Positions 26,021-42,009 of a stretch of 64,000 nt of DNA are shown here, one piece after another. The notes beneath the pieces were generated by a model that did no database searches, was not told where the DNA came from, and saw nothing but the letters and a program-made list of their open reading frames with translations. Position 1 is the first letter of the stretch. Every line of letters starts with the position of its first letter. The DNA is from Paraglomus brasilianum (taxonomy: Eukaryota), in assembly GCA_910592345.1 (NCBI GenBank), contig CAJVPI010000011.1, positions 1 to 64,000 on the forward strand, given 5' to 3'. The translations under genes were made by a program, and so were the position numbers.

Positions 26021-26289
26021 TATAAATTAGTATTCTAAAATTTAAAATTCTGATCTATAATATCACGTATTTACTACGTAATGTCTCTTTATAATACGAT
26101 TTGCGTACTAAAGTATAAACACACTTCACACGTCTAGTCATACAAATCATTAATACAGCATCCTCTAAATGCCATGGTCGAGGTAATTGATCTAACCCAC
26201 GTTCTGTGTGGGTTTCTATATCGCATGTTAGTACTAGAGTGCGATCATGTGTTATAGCTAAAGTGGTAAATAAACTGCGTATGTTTGAT

Positions 26290-26976
26290 GAGTCTTCCGT
26301 GGGGTGGAAATTATTTATAGAACCCCGAAAAGCATACGAACAAAGAGGAGAACATTAGCATAATTGTAATTACTTATCATTCCTCACCCTGATAGAGAAA
26401 TGCCATATTCGCGAGCAACCTTGCGATAATAAGCATTACGATTATCTGGTGCGGTTTCCAAAATCGAAGAGCCCTGCTTTTCAGATTTATAATTTCGAAT
26501 AATATTTAGGGCGATTTTTCTCTGAAAAGTATTTGGCGTAAAACACGAAGATATGTCTTTTTTTCCGTATGGTAACCACGGATAGGGAACGCTTTTATAT
26601 GCTCTATTCGAATTTTACTTACATCTACGGTTCTGTCTTCATCTTTTTCATTGGCGAGAATATTTTTAATTTCAGACTCGAAAAACCCTGTGTCTTCATT
26701 GTCAGGAATATGGGTGTCAAAGAAAACCTTAATTCCAGTAATCGTCACTACCATGAGTGGGCCATAGAGACGTAAAACGTAATGAAGAGTTTGGTTAATA
26801 TACTCATTCGACTCTTCTATATCAACGGGCATAAATGGTACGTTCTGGTGATTGGCTAAAGCGTTTTCAAGAATCATAGTTAACCCCTCGTCATTTTCTG
26901 CGACTATATCATTGCGAGTAGGAATAACCGGTAAAATAATTTGGTTGTTTTTACGTTTTCTCGGTAGAGGGCGCAA
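26290..26976 (-). pseudogene. Intronless, frameshifted N-terminal fragment of a B-family DNA polymerase-like protein
   Basis: PFMPVDIEES...YVLRLYG...VVTITGIKVFFD...IEHIKAFPIRGYHTEKKTYLRV and, after a frameshift, AYYRKVAREYGISLSG. This resembles the region preceding the PolB exonuclease domain; no exonuclease or polymerase core is present. Confidence 0.6.
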
Positions 26977-27080
26977 TTATCGCCGAGCTCAGAAACAACA
27001 ATGTTTTGCATTTCGTTAGTGTTTTGGGTATCCATTTTTTTGCTAATATATTATTCGAGAGAAAATAATTCAAATTACTT

Positions 27081-27300
27081 CCGAAATGTATTAACCGATA
27101 CATATTGTACTGTCCTTATATACTTAGGACTGGAGATGTATGCAATCGGGGCTGTTATAGACCTGTAGGGTGTCAAGTCCACTGGAATTCCCCCAAACGC
27201 GTACCTTGTAAAGAATGTGGTAAATTGACTTTTTCTAAATATGGCGCTTGTGATATCCATTGAAAAATGGAATACTACCGAAAAAAACTGGAGAAGATGA
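27081..27300 (+). pseudogene. Small Cys/His-rich ORF remnant (start codon lost), divergent from the PolB fragment
   Basis: 27081-27263 reads PKCINRYILYCPYILRTGDVCNRGCYRPVGCQVHWNSPKRVPCKECGKLTFSKYGACDIH*, followed by KMEYYRKKLEKM. Confidence 0.5.
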
Positions 27301-27759
27301 ATCAAAGAAAATGCATAGTGATATTCGTTTTATCGGATAGAAAATGGTTATGCGCAAACTCCATGCGTAAAAATTTGTCACCATTGATTTCACGGTGACA
27401 AAAAATTTTTATAGTGACGAAGTTAGCTCTTGTTAGAGCGCCGGAGTCCTTTCTAGACAAGTGTCACCATGACACTATGAGAAACTATGAAAAATCGAAC
27501 TTCTTTACTTTTTTTTGTTTGCGGGTTTTGGGTATCCATATTGTTTTGCCCGCCTAATCTCAATGCCACAATAAAATTTATTAATGCAGTGATAGGAAAT
27601 TGATGTGGTTATACTATTGCTATGAAGAGTGGGCGAAAAAGAGAAGAACCTAAGCATCAACAAACATGGTTACAAAGTTGTTGGATAGACCGTAAACCCT
27701 ACGGTGGGACTGGTTTTAATAAAGTCGGGGCCCCAACTCTTCCACCATATAATCAGAAT

Positions 27760-28003
27760 AGCTAACATAATTCAAGGACAATATTTTTGGTGTCCTACCA
27801 TACAATTAGCAGATTAATTGCGGCTTTGAAGGAGGAATGGGAGCGAATTATCAACAAGGGTACAAGCTTGCATTACAAGCGAGGGATGACCAACTAAATA
27901 TTAATATGATATTGGTACATCAAACTCAAACTAGAATTTTATGCCCATTTATTATGTAAAATTCAAGTACAATACTGTCCGGAGACTTTTGTCTACCCAC
28001 TGC
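27760..28003 (+). mobile_element. Tc1-like transposon 3' remnant
   Basis: LIAALKEEWERII resembles a Tc1 transposase C-terminus and is followed by a terminus-like ...GGAGACTTTTGTCTACCCACTG. Confidence 0.35.
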
Positions 28004-30523
28004 ATATCACCTCAGTTGTATAATAAATTTACAGTGCTCACCAAGGTATACAATGCTCTTGAAATTTACTAGCTAACATTTCTTATGGATAGTCTTAACA
28101 TTAACGCATCCGTATTCGACACCGCAGTGCTAGATTCAGGAAACGAGTAGCCGGGTGAGCAATCTGACGTGTCTTCTTCGTGTTCTGATAAAACGAGTCA
28201 GTATTGGATGCAACATCAATATGTACATCCAGACAAAAAATTGAGCCACCACGCTCGAATAAACAAAAGCGAATAATGAGCTAAAGCCGACGTGGGGACC
28301 ATAATAATAATAGGAGACGAAAACTTTGTTCCGGTTTTGGAAATTCTGAATAGAGATCGATGCATGGAAATGTTCGCACGAGTAGATTGCTTATTTCTTC
28401 TTGTTGTAAACTGCAGCTGAAATGGTTTCTCTTGGATAAAAACGGTGGCTTATGTTTTCTTGTTTCCCACATTCACTCGTAACACATTTCTTCTCATTGG
28501 TACAAATACATAATAATAATAATGTATTACCGTGAAGAAACTTGCAACTAACGCTCACATTCGAACATGTCCAAGCTATGCGCATTTCTCTTGCTCGTCA
28601 CATTATTCCTCACTTTGTTCACTCATGCTAGAGCTTATGTAAACCATGTGAAGGAGGTTAGTGTCTCTTTCGTTATGCTTAATCATAGGAGCACATTGCC
28701 ATGTCCAAAATGCGATAATATTATTAATCATAATTATAAATAAAAGTCGTCCTCCAACGATTGCCTCATGTGTCCTTCTATTCGGATTGACTGTCAGTAA
28801 GTATAAACGCATCCAAAATATCTAAGCAGTGAGTTACCGGACTAAAGTTTGTCATGCAGCCGCTTAACAGTTGTGTCTTGTATTTTCAGATGTAGTGAAA
28901 ACGAAGTTCTTTGGCAAATTAAACGAACCTGTAATCAATGTGGTCGCTGTGGGTGCGTACCAAAGGAATTCTATTTTCATGAAAACATTGGCACCGCCCA
29001 GCAACAATAAAGGAGAGGTCGCATAGAATCTTATTGATCCATTATTTGATAGAACGCGGTAACTAATTTCAAATTTTGTAAAGGAATCTTTGTTCGCAAT
29101 ACGTTAAATTAAATGCTCATGATGGTTGTATTTTATTTAGTCTCCGCTTTGGTATTGACGAAACAACAGTCTAGATGAAATGTTTAATTGTTGTTGCATA
29201 TTATATAACCGAATTGTTGATTGTCAATACGGAATATCTTATATCTGTACAATCAATTAGGAGAGAGCGTCCAACTCGAATTAAACAAACATCAACATTA
29301 ATAGGTAAACTTTATAATGCATGCCTCGTGATTCCGCATATATATAATAAAGCGGGAAAGAACAGAACTATATCACACCCTCCTGCCTTTAAGGGTATTC
29401 CTAATACTAATGGGATTATAATTTAATCTTTCTAATCATGTCTCTTCTTAGTATCTAAAAAGAACAGTTTCTTCATTGTCAGGAAGAATCTCCCTCATGT
29501 CTATAATAATAATAAAAAAAAAATAAAGCATCATTTCCTTCACTCTGATGTACATCAAATTATAATACGCCAATCTTCTTCACTATTGTACCATAGTACG
29601 ATTTACCGTTCGGATTTACGTGTATTTGTAAGTTATTATTCATTTTGCAGCCTCCGAACAATATTACTTCATGCTACAAGTAAAGATCTGATAAATTCAT
29701 AACAATATTGAAAGCATCTTACGTGTTATCAAAAGTTGATGGCTCCAACCACAACTAAGAATGTTCAAATCCCACTCGTGCGTGGATAATCTGTCAAGTA
29801 CCTTGTGTCAGACCAGAAATATTGAGTGTTTTATTATACTTGCCAGCGGGACATCAAGTTTAATGTTGAATTCAATTCTCCAACCACGTTTTGCATAAAG
29901 TGAAAAAACGCCACAGACTTCAAAACCGCTGGGACGCCACAAATCGTCTAATGTATATTCTTCGCATCTTGGGTCGATCGTTAATTGATAAGTATAAGAA
30001 AGGTTATAGTCTATGAACTTTGGCGCTACTTTCACATACGCGTAATTGTCAAACTAATAGCGATCTACAATGTTGAAAACTAAAACGTGATTGCATGGGG
30101 GATATCTTTGGTCGCTCCGGTGCAAATCCAATATTCACTATATTAACATCAGTAATAGTAATATAATAGTTGCTGTTTTCGAAGCAAAAAATTATCGATA
30201 AATGTCTTAATGACGCATAAGTAGATTATTTAGATATTTTGTCTAGAAATGGCTAAATAGATTCCTGAAAAGACTTTATCTAATTCGTCCACACGTTCCA
30301 GAAGCCTAACTTCCTTGGTGTTCTGCGTTTCCTTTGTATAATTGCTAGTAAAAAAAATGCCGCGATGGAAAACCAAAATGACAACTTTCCCGTTTAGGAC
30401 GATAATTTCAATCCAATCATTATGCGCAGAGAAATACGCCAATAGGCAGTAATTTCTGGTGCTCTTGGGGGTAGTTGCTGAACTATATCGAAAAAATGCA
30501 ATGTATCAGTTTGCCCATATGTT

Positions 30524-33397
<2,874 letters not shown>

Positions 33398-34010
33398 CGC
33401 GTTTTGTCGAAAGGACTATATTTAAGAAACAATAACAGTTGAGATGCAAAAAACTAAAAATGTGAAAATAGTTGAGAACGAAATAAACATAGTCAAACGG
33501 ACTTTTTCCCAACAGCGCCGGCACTAGAGATTAATGACAAACATTATCTCTCTTTCACTTAACACCATCGAGCACTTAGCCTTTATGTTGGTTTAAAGTT
33601 CGCCGCGAATATACATATAGTGAGCCACTACGTTCGACGCCGACGGAAAGACTCGCCCCGTTTTGGAACAATTAACACCTCTCGTGCAACATCTTTAACT
33701 CTCTATTCCCAGTAACTATGTTAACTACAATCCATAATATTGGTGAAGAATGGACTGTGACCGTGACACATGAGCATTGTAGACCAAGAGAACTAGTTCT
33801 AATGCAAATACTGTTTGTTGAGTCTTTGGGAATCTTTCTAGGAAAGCATTAGAGATTATTGATGACTATAATCATTATGTGGGTGTTGTGGACATTGCAG
33901 ACAGACCAACTGAGAGGGTATTACAAATTGCCAGTTAACAGTCTTAGTCTGCAGAACATGGTTTCCCTTGTTTAATTACTCTCGATTCCTTTATTGTAAA
34001 TAAATGAGTA

Positions 34011-34160
34011 CACAGTGAAATTCCACTTTAACGAAGATCGCTTTATAACGAAGTTCTTTCCAGAACGGATTCATATATTTCATATACAAAGACAGTTCAC
34101 TTAAGCGAACTTTCAGGTTAACGAAGCAAGAATGTCTTCGTTAAAGTGAATTTCACTGTG
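34011..34160. mobile_element. MITE (pogo/Tigger-like), 150 bp, TA target-site duplication
   Basis: Left end CACAGTGAAATTCCACTTTAACGAAGA versus right end (reverse complement) CACAGTGAAATTCACTTTAACGAAGA, one indel; TA on both sides. Confidence 0.88.
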
Positions 34161-34179
34161 TAGTTCTTTATACTCTGAA

Positions 34180-34530
34180 ATACATTGTTAATGATTCATT
34201 CCCTGGTAACTTATCGGTACAGCTGAGAAACCGTTAATCCCTATATCGATGAAGAATAATCTCTTGTCCCGCGATTATTCGAGTGGCAAATTACGATAAT
34301 TAATTGTTATGTAGATGCGCATTATTATGATTTATACACCATTGTACCCCAGACGGGAGAGCGATTACTTATCTAGGGTTAACGTCATTCTACGTTGAAA
34401 TAGTCCGTAAGTGACATTGACAAGGTCACTAACTGTACCCAGATATTTAACTTGAATAGGAGGCGCCACGCTCCGTCGAGACTAGTTAAATCCCAAGTGT
34501 CGATTACTCTCGCAGTAGTCGGCACGACAA
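34180..34530 (-). repeat. Dispersed non-coding repeat, copy 2
   Basis: Its reverse complement aligns colinearly with 2075-2367. Confidence 0.7.
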
Positions 34531-36319
34531 AGGTCACTGACCAGAAAGTTGCGTGATCTGGCATGGGATCTGATAAACAGCACCGTGGAAGGTAAAAGAA
34601 TCACTAGATCAGATTTTAATTTGATAACACTAATTACTGTAAGGTGGGAATTGGTGCAAATCGCTTGGCTGTTTCCGATTAGCTTGCATGCTGTCAGATT
34701 TGCTGTTCTTTCCATTCCAGCTTGACTATGTTCTTTTTCGTACACTGACACACTATACAAAAGCTTGCTTAGTTAGCAAAGTTTGGTCTTCGTTTGCCCT
34801 TGCTCGTCGTCTCATTTACCCAGAAATTAAAATGCCGAGTTTACGTGAGGCGTTCAAAAAGTTTTTGCAAAATAGCTTTATTTCAACAAACTACATAACA
34901 ACATTGAATGTTATCAAGCTAACCCTTCAAAACAGTCTTCCCTACACTATGCAACATTGCAACCTCATTCGCCAATATTCAAAAGATTTATGATACTCTT
35001 CTTGTGGAATATGCCCAGAAAGGATGTTAGTGCCTCCCAGATCGAGACATATTATCCAAAGTAAACTGTATATAATGATGCATTATCACCACAAAGCTTC
35101 TTATAAAAATTTCCAGCATTAAAAATGTAGAATCGACAGAAGTTTGGTTATTTTGAAGATTGTGACCAAACCTTTATCCTAGTTTGGAAAAAATTGTCAA
35201 ACCCATAATTGGCAAAAACTTTTTGAACGCCCACATCGATGTACTACATTTAGGTTATTCCAAAGTAGAAGAATATAACAACAGATATTCGGGGAGGTTC
35301 TACACTTTTTCCGTATGGGATTTGGTCTAAGCTAAGGCTCAACGGAATAACGGACCGTTACGGTCGGGTGGTCTGGGGTTTGGGAGAGCGATTAATCTGT
35401 CGCGTAGGGGTGTTCTTCCGACCGGGGGTTATGACGAGCATTTTATAATAAGAAATAAAGCCGATTATTGCAGCATTGACGCTACTACTCATTACAGTCA
35501 CGATTGAGCGCAAAATGTTCACGTTCCACATTCTGACCAACAGGTAAGTAAGATCTTTATCCTAGTCCGCGTAAAGTGCAAATTAACTTCGTTCTCGATG
35601 AGAACGGTATTCGATAGAATAAAGAAATTGAATAAAGGCGAAAAACGTCTAAAGATTACTCGTGACAACGCAGGTGGACAGAATAATAATACTACTACCA
35701 CCATTTGATTTTACCGGTATTTAATAATTTGCGGTTATTATGAAGGTATTGAATTGAATTTAATAGTACCTGGACATACTAAATTCAAGCGTGATGGTAG
35801 TTTTGGATTGATTAAGAAACTATAGAAAAACAACGATAGGTTGTGTGTTAAGGTTGTGAAAAGATCGAATACAGCTGGATTAAATAAAGCTCGGTGTCAT
35901 GAAATGGAAAAGGCTTTCAATACTTAGATCTTAATTTCGTGTTGGGATTTTCTTTAAAAAATTGAGTAGTTTACAAAAATACCAACATTTCTATTTGAAA
36001 CAGCTCAACCCAAAGTGTCCAAAGCTCAAATGGCTGCTAATGGTGCTTATTGATTATTATACAGACGTTAATTTAATATTAACCCCTCCTCCTTTGTATT
36101 ACAAAAAGACAAGAGTGTCTGTACGAAAACAGCCGTACATTTGTCAGAGACAAATTTAAAGATATTGCATGTCCAAGACCAACTTATACTAGCAGTGAAT
36201 AAATGTTTAGACTAAAGTCCCCTCCGTCTCACTGTCATTAAGTTCTCAGTCTAATATATTGTCGGTGTTCCCTGCTTTAACGTTTAAAGCTTAAACAAAA
36301 AAAAACCCCAAAATAATTA

Positions 36320-36470
36320 CGGTCAAAGCTCGAAAAACCGATAAGTGCCAAAACCGATAATTTTTCTAATTCCCAAAACACGTATAATAAAATTTGCTCG
36401 GAAAACCGATATTATTTTGTTTACATCCATATAATGATAAGAATTAATATTAATATAAACCGATCAATAG
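36320..36470 (+). mobile_element. DNA-transposon terminus with AAACCGAT subterminal repeats
   Basis: TA followed by CGGTCAAAGCTCGAAAAACCGATAAG; AAACCGAT recurs four times in 150 bp; the other end was not found. Confidence 0.4.
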
Positions 36471-39013
36471 CAAAGCTCCATGTGTTACACAATATCGTAC
36501 CATACTGCGCCTCTATATCGCTGTGACTGTATAAGTATATTAAAAAAAAAAGAAAAGAAAAAGAACAAGACAAACATAGTAAACGTAATAACAGAACCCG
36601 AACAGAGAATAAAAAATCGTTAAAAGAAAGCGACACACCACTGGTCAACCTGATGAAAGATCACGTTAAAGAGTGTTATAAAATACTTTTGTGAAGAAAA
36701 AAAAGAAGTCGATTACTCGGTTAATTGCCATAAAGTTTATCATGAGTTTGGAACTGTACACATTTGAACTGGTTATCAATTATTTTTGTCGCTAATATCG
36801 ACATATGAAACCAGTGATTAACGTGACGGTCATAATTAATAATGTCGAAGAATAAAGACAATAGCTTAATACATATTGTTGGGAGCGTTAAGGAGGATGT
36901 AACTGTCCGAGATCAGAATTTTTGTAGGCTGGATCCTGTGTAGCCCAATTGTAGCCCAATTGATGTTTTACTTTCAACAATTGAACGATTGTAAACAGTG
37001 CATTGCTTCAAACTCTATTCCTGTAATTGGCCTGCTCCACCAATGACCAAGTTTTAATTCCACTCACCTTTTTCTAACAGAGCTCATTGGAACATATGGG
37101 CCAATGAACGTAGAGTTACCGGCGTCAAATTCATCCCATCAAGATCATCAAGATCATCAAAGATTATCTTGCCTACGCGCGACAAGGAAGATGCCGGGGA
37201 TATTCTAATAGCTTTACACTTGTACAATTATCATTGTTTTTACCGGAGATTTTCATACCAACTTATAATACAGAATATTTAATAGTTTGTGTATGCAATA
37301 CAGTAGGGGTGATTTGTTTGTATTGTTAAGCAACCAAGAGGAAATTCTCTTAACTGTTTACATGCAATACGAATGTTCCACCACCGCTCTTTGTTCATGA
37401 TCATCTTAAATCACAGATAATAGGCGGAAAGGAGTTTATTATCAACAGAGAACCTATAGTATCAAGATGTGATTGTGCGATATTATTATTATTATTATGG
37501 GTTTTACTGAACTTTATTCTCTGTCCGCTTACAAGTTGGTTACGTATTACGTAATGAATACCGGTATTTTTTCACGAGACGGTAATAACGCCCATTTAGA
37601 AAATTTTATTTGTCATTACATTTAGTGCGTTGCCATTAGATATAATAATATCTGGTCCGGTTGCAAAACTAGCGGTTACGGCTGATTTATACAAGATGTT
37701 TTTGAAGCATTACGTTGTCTCTATTCTCAGTAGTCATTATCAAAGACAATAATATCTCATAATTTGTTGATGTTCATGCATCTTATCATATTTACTCTGC
37801 CTCGAGTCGTTTGTCTTTTCAAACATAGAAGTTGGCGCTCTTTCCGGCTGCATGTTGCACATGAATATTAGCATGGGCTTTTCAATTTGTGATATAATAT
37901 GACAATAGTTACGATAGCACAAAGAAAATTGATCTTGTTTTTCATGTTAATGATGGCCAGCTTGCAGGAGGGGTATTATCCCAAATTATGAACGCTCCGA
38001 ACAGTATTGCGCAAGCATCTACGTTTATGATTGGCCAAGATAACACTGTGTGTGACACTATGACGCAATGTTTATTGTAAACAAGTTTAAAGTCCCTGGC
38101 ATTAGATGCGATGTCATTCTCTAAAATGATAGCCTGGGATTTTGGGGGTTTCTGCTAAATTGATTTCTTCCCCTTAAACCTTGACTATTCTTATATTTGG
38201 GTTCGCGCATATTAATTATCTAACAGGAAGGCTGTGTAAGGAACATTGGTTATATTTTTAGAACCATCAGCAACGAATCAAATACTAGCAAAGAGCCATG
38301 ATTTACAAGAAGGCGATTTTAACCTTGTGGCGTTCACCGAATTTAGCCCGTTGGGCTGATGCGATTTTATACTAATTTGCTGTATCTGAAAAGTTCCCAA
38401 CAAACATGCGCAGTCGATCAAACTGCATACTAGATAGAATACGTTATATTATGTTTCCAGTGGCTGTGTTGATAAGTGCTCAACAAAGAAAAGTGGTATG
38501 AGTAATGCATGGCGATAAGCAGATTCTACAGCGATAAACAATCGGCCAGTAGTAGTCATATCAATTGACGCGAGCGTTAAGCAGGTTTTTGACTAAAAAG
38601 GTATCCAACCATATGCCCCGTGGTAATCCGCATGTTATTTGACCTACATTATTTACTGTCTCCAAAAGGCATCTAGTCATCGAGACGATAACACAGTAAT
38701 AGTATTCAACTTTATGAAGAACTATTGCATTAATTTTATTATATCAACCTGCCGTATTATTAGCCGAACAATGATACTCCCCCATTGGGCCGACCCCGCC
38801 TATTCGATTCTCTTGTGAATAATATATTCATTGTAGTGGTGAAACAGGGCAACCCTCCAATCATTGTAAACGAAGTGATCATGCATATCACGGAAAGAGC
38901 GTCATTGATAATGAGATATATGACATAACGTAACCGTCAAAAAAAAAAAGGAATAAAAACCCAACGTTTTCCTTGCTTACGCTTCATTTGCAATAAACCA
39001 CTGATCCCACACA

Positions 39014-41467
39014 ATGCCTGAATCACAAACAACACTTGCAAAAGACGCCTTCACAAATACTACGGAAATCAAAACAATGGGCATAGACATATTCGATAAA
39101 ACGCTCACAGACTCGGACTCTGACAGCAACGAGAACCACCCAAAATCGAGCCTCAATAATAATAGTCAACCTTCACCCACATTCCATCAGCATAACCAAG
39201 CAACTTTGGTTCACCCTGGTGAATTCGAATCAGAAAATCACTTCTATCCTCGCGTTCTTAATGCAACTATCCACCCATTGGTCGCGAGTTTCTTCCAGTT
39301 GGGGAACGAGAGAATAATGGCCAGATATGCACATTTAAATCCTCAAGTTAATTTGGATAAGTTAAGGGACTGTTTAAAATATGAACCAAAGAGATTCAAA
39401 TGGGCAGGTGAGTCGAGATACAGAACGACTTCTAGTATTAGTATAGAGATTAGTAACGTTAGAGATGGTGATACTTTTTTGACAATTATCACGTTCTTAT
39501 CATGACCCTTATAATTCGCTTCTGCCCTCTCACTCCAAGTACTCACTCCCTTCTTGTGTCGTAATCTGGTCTCTTAATTCTTATCTTCTCGGCTGTCAAT
39601 GCGTGTGTAACAATAATTATGTCACACTGCAGCTATATAAATCTTATCAACCTCATTATATTATTGAGAGCCAATTTCGTATATGACAAATTTTCTATAG
39701 ACCGATCTTGTCGAATACAATGTAACAAATCTCTTTTCTTTTACAAACCTGCGTATCTACTTTAGGAAGCGATCTCTTCAATATAACAACAGCCTCTGGT
39801 CAACGCCAAATGATATTAATAGAAACCAATTCTTGCCCATCCGGTCAGAAATCAATGCCGTTGTTATCCGATACCGAAGAATATGGCGGATATCGCGTTG
39901 TCTTGGAAACAGCATTCCAAGAAGTCCTCGAAAAAGCTGATCCGACACTTGGAGACTTGGCTGTAGTTTACGACAAGAATAAAATGGAGACGACGGCATA
40001 TGCATCTGTATTGGCAGAACTTTCAAAGGAGAACGTGTGGTGCGTCGAGTTTAATGATGAAGATGATGATCCACCTGTCAAGTGGGTTGATCGGGTCATG
40101 TATGTGAGAGACGAGAATAGAGGTGAGTTGAGGAGTGGGGAATTTTGGGAGAGAGAGTATGATGGAGAGGGATTGGATATATCAATTTGTCAAGCTAGTC
40201 CAATTCTTGAATATTCAAATATTGCTATTCAACCCTTTGTCAATTTTCCTCTCTTTCTTCGTTGCTCATTCCTCTTCAATCTCCTCCACCTCCAACCAAA
40301 AACCGATCACTCTATTCAGTCTTCCACTCGATCCGTGCTTGCTTCCGCTACGTAACCCAAAAACCCTGGAATCGTTTTCCACTTACCACCAGAACTCTCC
40401 TATTAAATCCGATAATTTCATGCCTTGCCGGCGGAAGAAACAAAATGATGGCCGCTCGAGCATACGAATTCTTCAATGCTGAATTGGCTGATTCAGGACT
40501 GTCCGTAAGGATACCGGAAACGATAAACAATGTCACAAAAGAGGCGATTCCATTATGGGTAAATTATATGGGCGGGCATGCAGTCTTGAAAATACCTTAT
40601 AGTAATGCTGGTAAGTCACAATAGTAATGGTTAATGCGAGTGATTTAAATGTAGTTAGTTCTTTGTCACAAGTTTTTATTATATATTCCTGTTCATACAA
40701 ACTATCCGTTAAACAAACCAAATTGTTTCACTAATTTCTTAGGTCAAGGTGTATTCACAATTACAAACCAAAAAGAGCTCGACCAATTCCTCAAAATGAA
40801 CCACCACTATGATAAATTCATAGTCCAATCGCTTGTTGGTAACGCCTCCTGGTCATCAATGACTCGGTCTGGCAAATTTTTCCACGTTGGTACGATTCCG
40901 AACAGACGCAATCACACATACGTCTCCGACTTGCGAGTCATGGTCACTGCCGACAGGAATGGATTCAGACCTGTCGCGATGTATGCTCGACGGGCTAGAA
41001 AGCCTTTGGTGACTAAACTTGAGGATAGCCCGAACTGTAAGTATAAGTAATAGGGAGCCCGCGAGGATAATATGATAATACTATTTATGCCATCTTCTTC
41101 ATTTCATATTATATCGTTATATCACATTCTATCATGTATTTTGTAACTAAAACCATTCATCTCCTTTTTCTCAGGTTCATCATGGGAAATGCTCGGAACG
41201 AATCTCTCGGTTAAGCAGGAGGACGGCCGATGGTCATCCGAACCAGAACGTCTGCTTCTTATGGATCGTAAAGACTTCAATCAGCTTGGAATCGGTGTCG
41301 ATGACCTAATAGATGCATACGTTCAAACGTGCTTGTCGGTGATTGCCATCGATAAACTGAGCGATCGATTAATGCCAAATGATGAAACGTTTAATTTCGA
41401 TTTGTTTAGATCTTTGAATCCCGATGAAACTTTATTGCATGAGATATTGGTGCAAATTGGAGTATGA
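39014..41467 (+). CDS. Uncharacterised circularly permuted ATP-grasp ligase-like protein, 542 aa; exons 39014-39407, 39766-40122, 40320-40610, 40743-41036, 41175-41467
   Basis: Five GT-AG exons join in frame (1629 nt). Motif order [53 protein letters not shown] matches the permuted ATP-grasp arrangement. Confidence 0.85.
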
Positions 41468-42009
41468 CTTGATTGAAAGGGGCTGGAAAAATTGGTTTAT
41501 ATACATAATACTAGTTGTATTCATTTTATATGTGTATGTATAGATATATGACGTTTCGGTTTTTCGGAAAATGAGAAATTTCTAGACATTATAATTATAA
41601 ATATCGTCAATCGCAAAAACTGACTTGCAAAAAAAAAAGTTTGATGAACAATAAAAAAAAGTGTGTTGCAAACAAGCCTTTCAGAAAAGCCTAAATGTTC
41701 GTCCAAACTGAATCAAAAAGCTTGTGATTACCATGTACGATCGATACACAAAGATATACTAAGCCACATTCTATCCAACCATTCTAATCCGTCCAATCAT
41801 AATCTCACAACACTGTGATCATCACAATGCTTGCTGTCACATGAACACGATTCACTTCACCCCCGTTTCACGCAAAACTCACATCTCTCTAACAGTCATT
41901 CCTACTACTCAATACTATAAACAATTGCTCGTACTCGACCTCGCCTGTTCCTTCGTTTCCCTCTCTCCACGCCCTAGGAATACTTCAGATACTCCGTTCC
42001 TTACCGATT

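Noticed and set aside
29560..30035. Coding-like frameshifted stretch on the minus strand
   Set aside because: Possibly a pseudogene, but I could not recognise the family.
34688..35300. Possible F-box/LRR-like pseudogene (ACLVSKVWS)
   Set aside because: Only one weak motif, in frameshifted sequence; cannot be supported by eye.
35530..35552. TACTTACCTG on the minus strand resembling the U1 snRNA 5' end
   Set aside because: No U1 loop I/II or Sm site follows; it is simply the complement of a splice-donor consensus.
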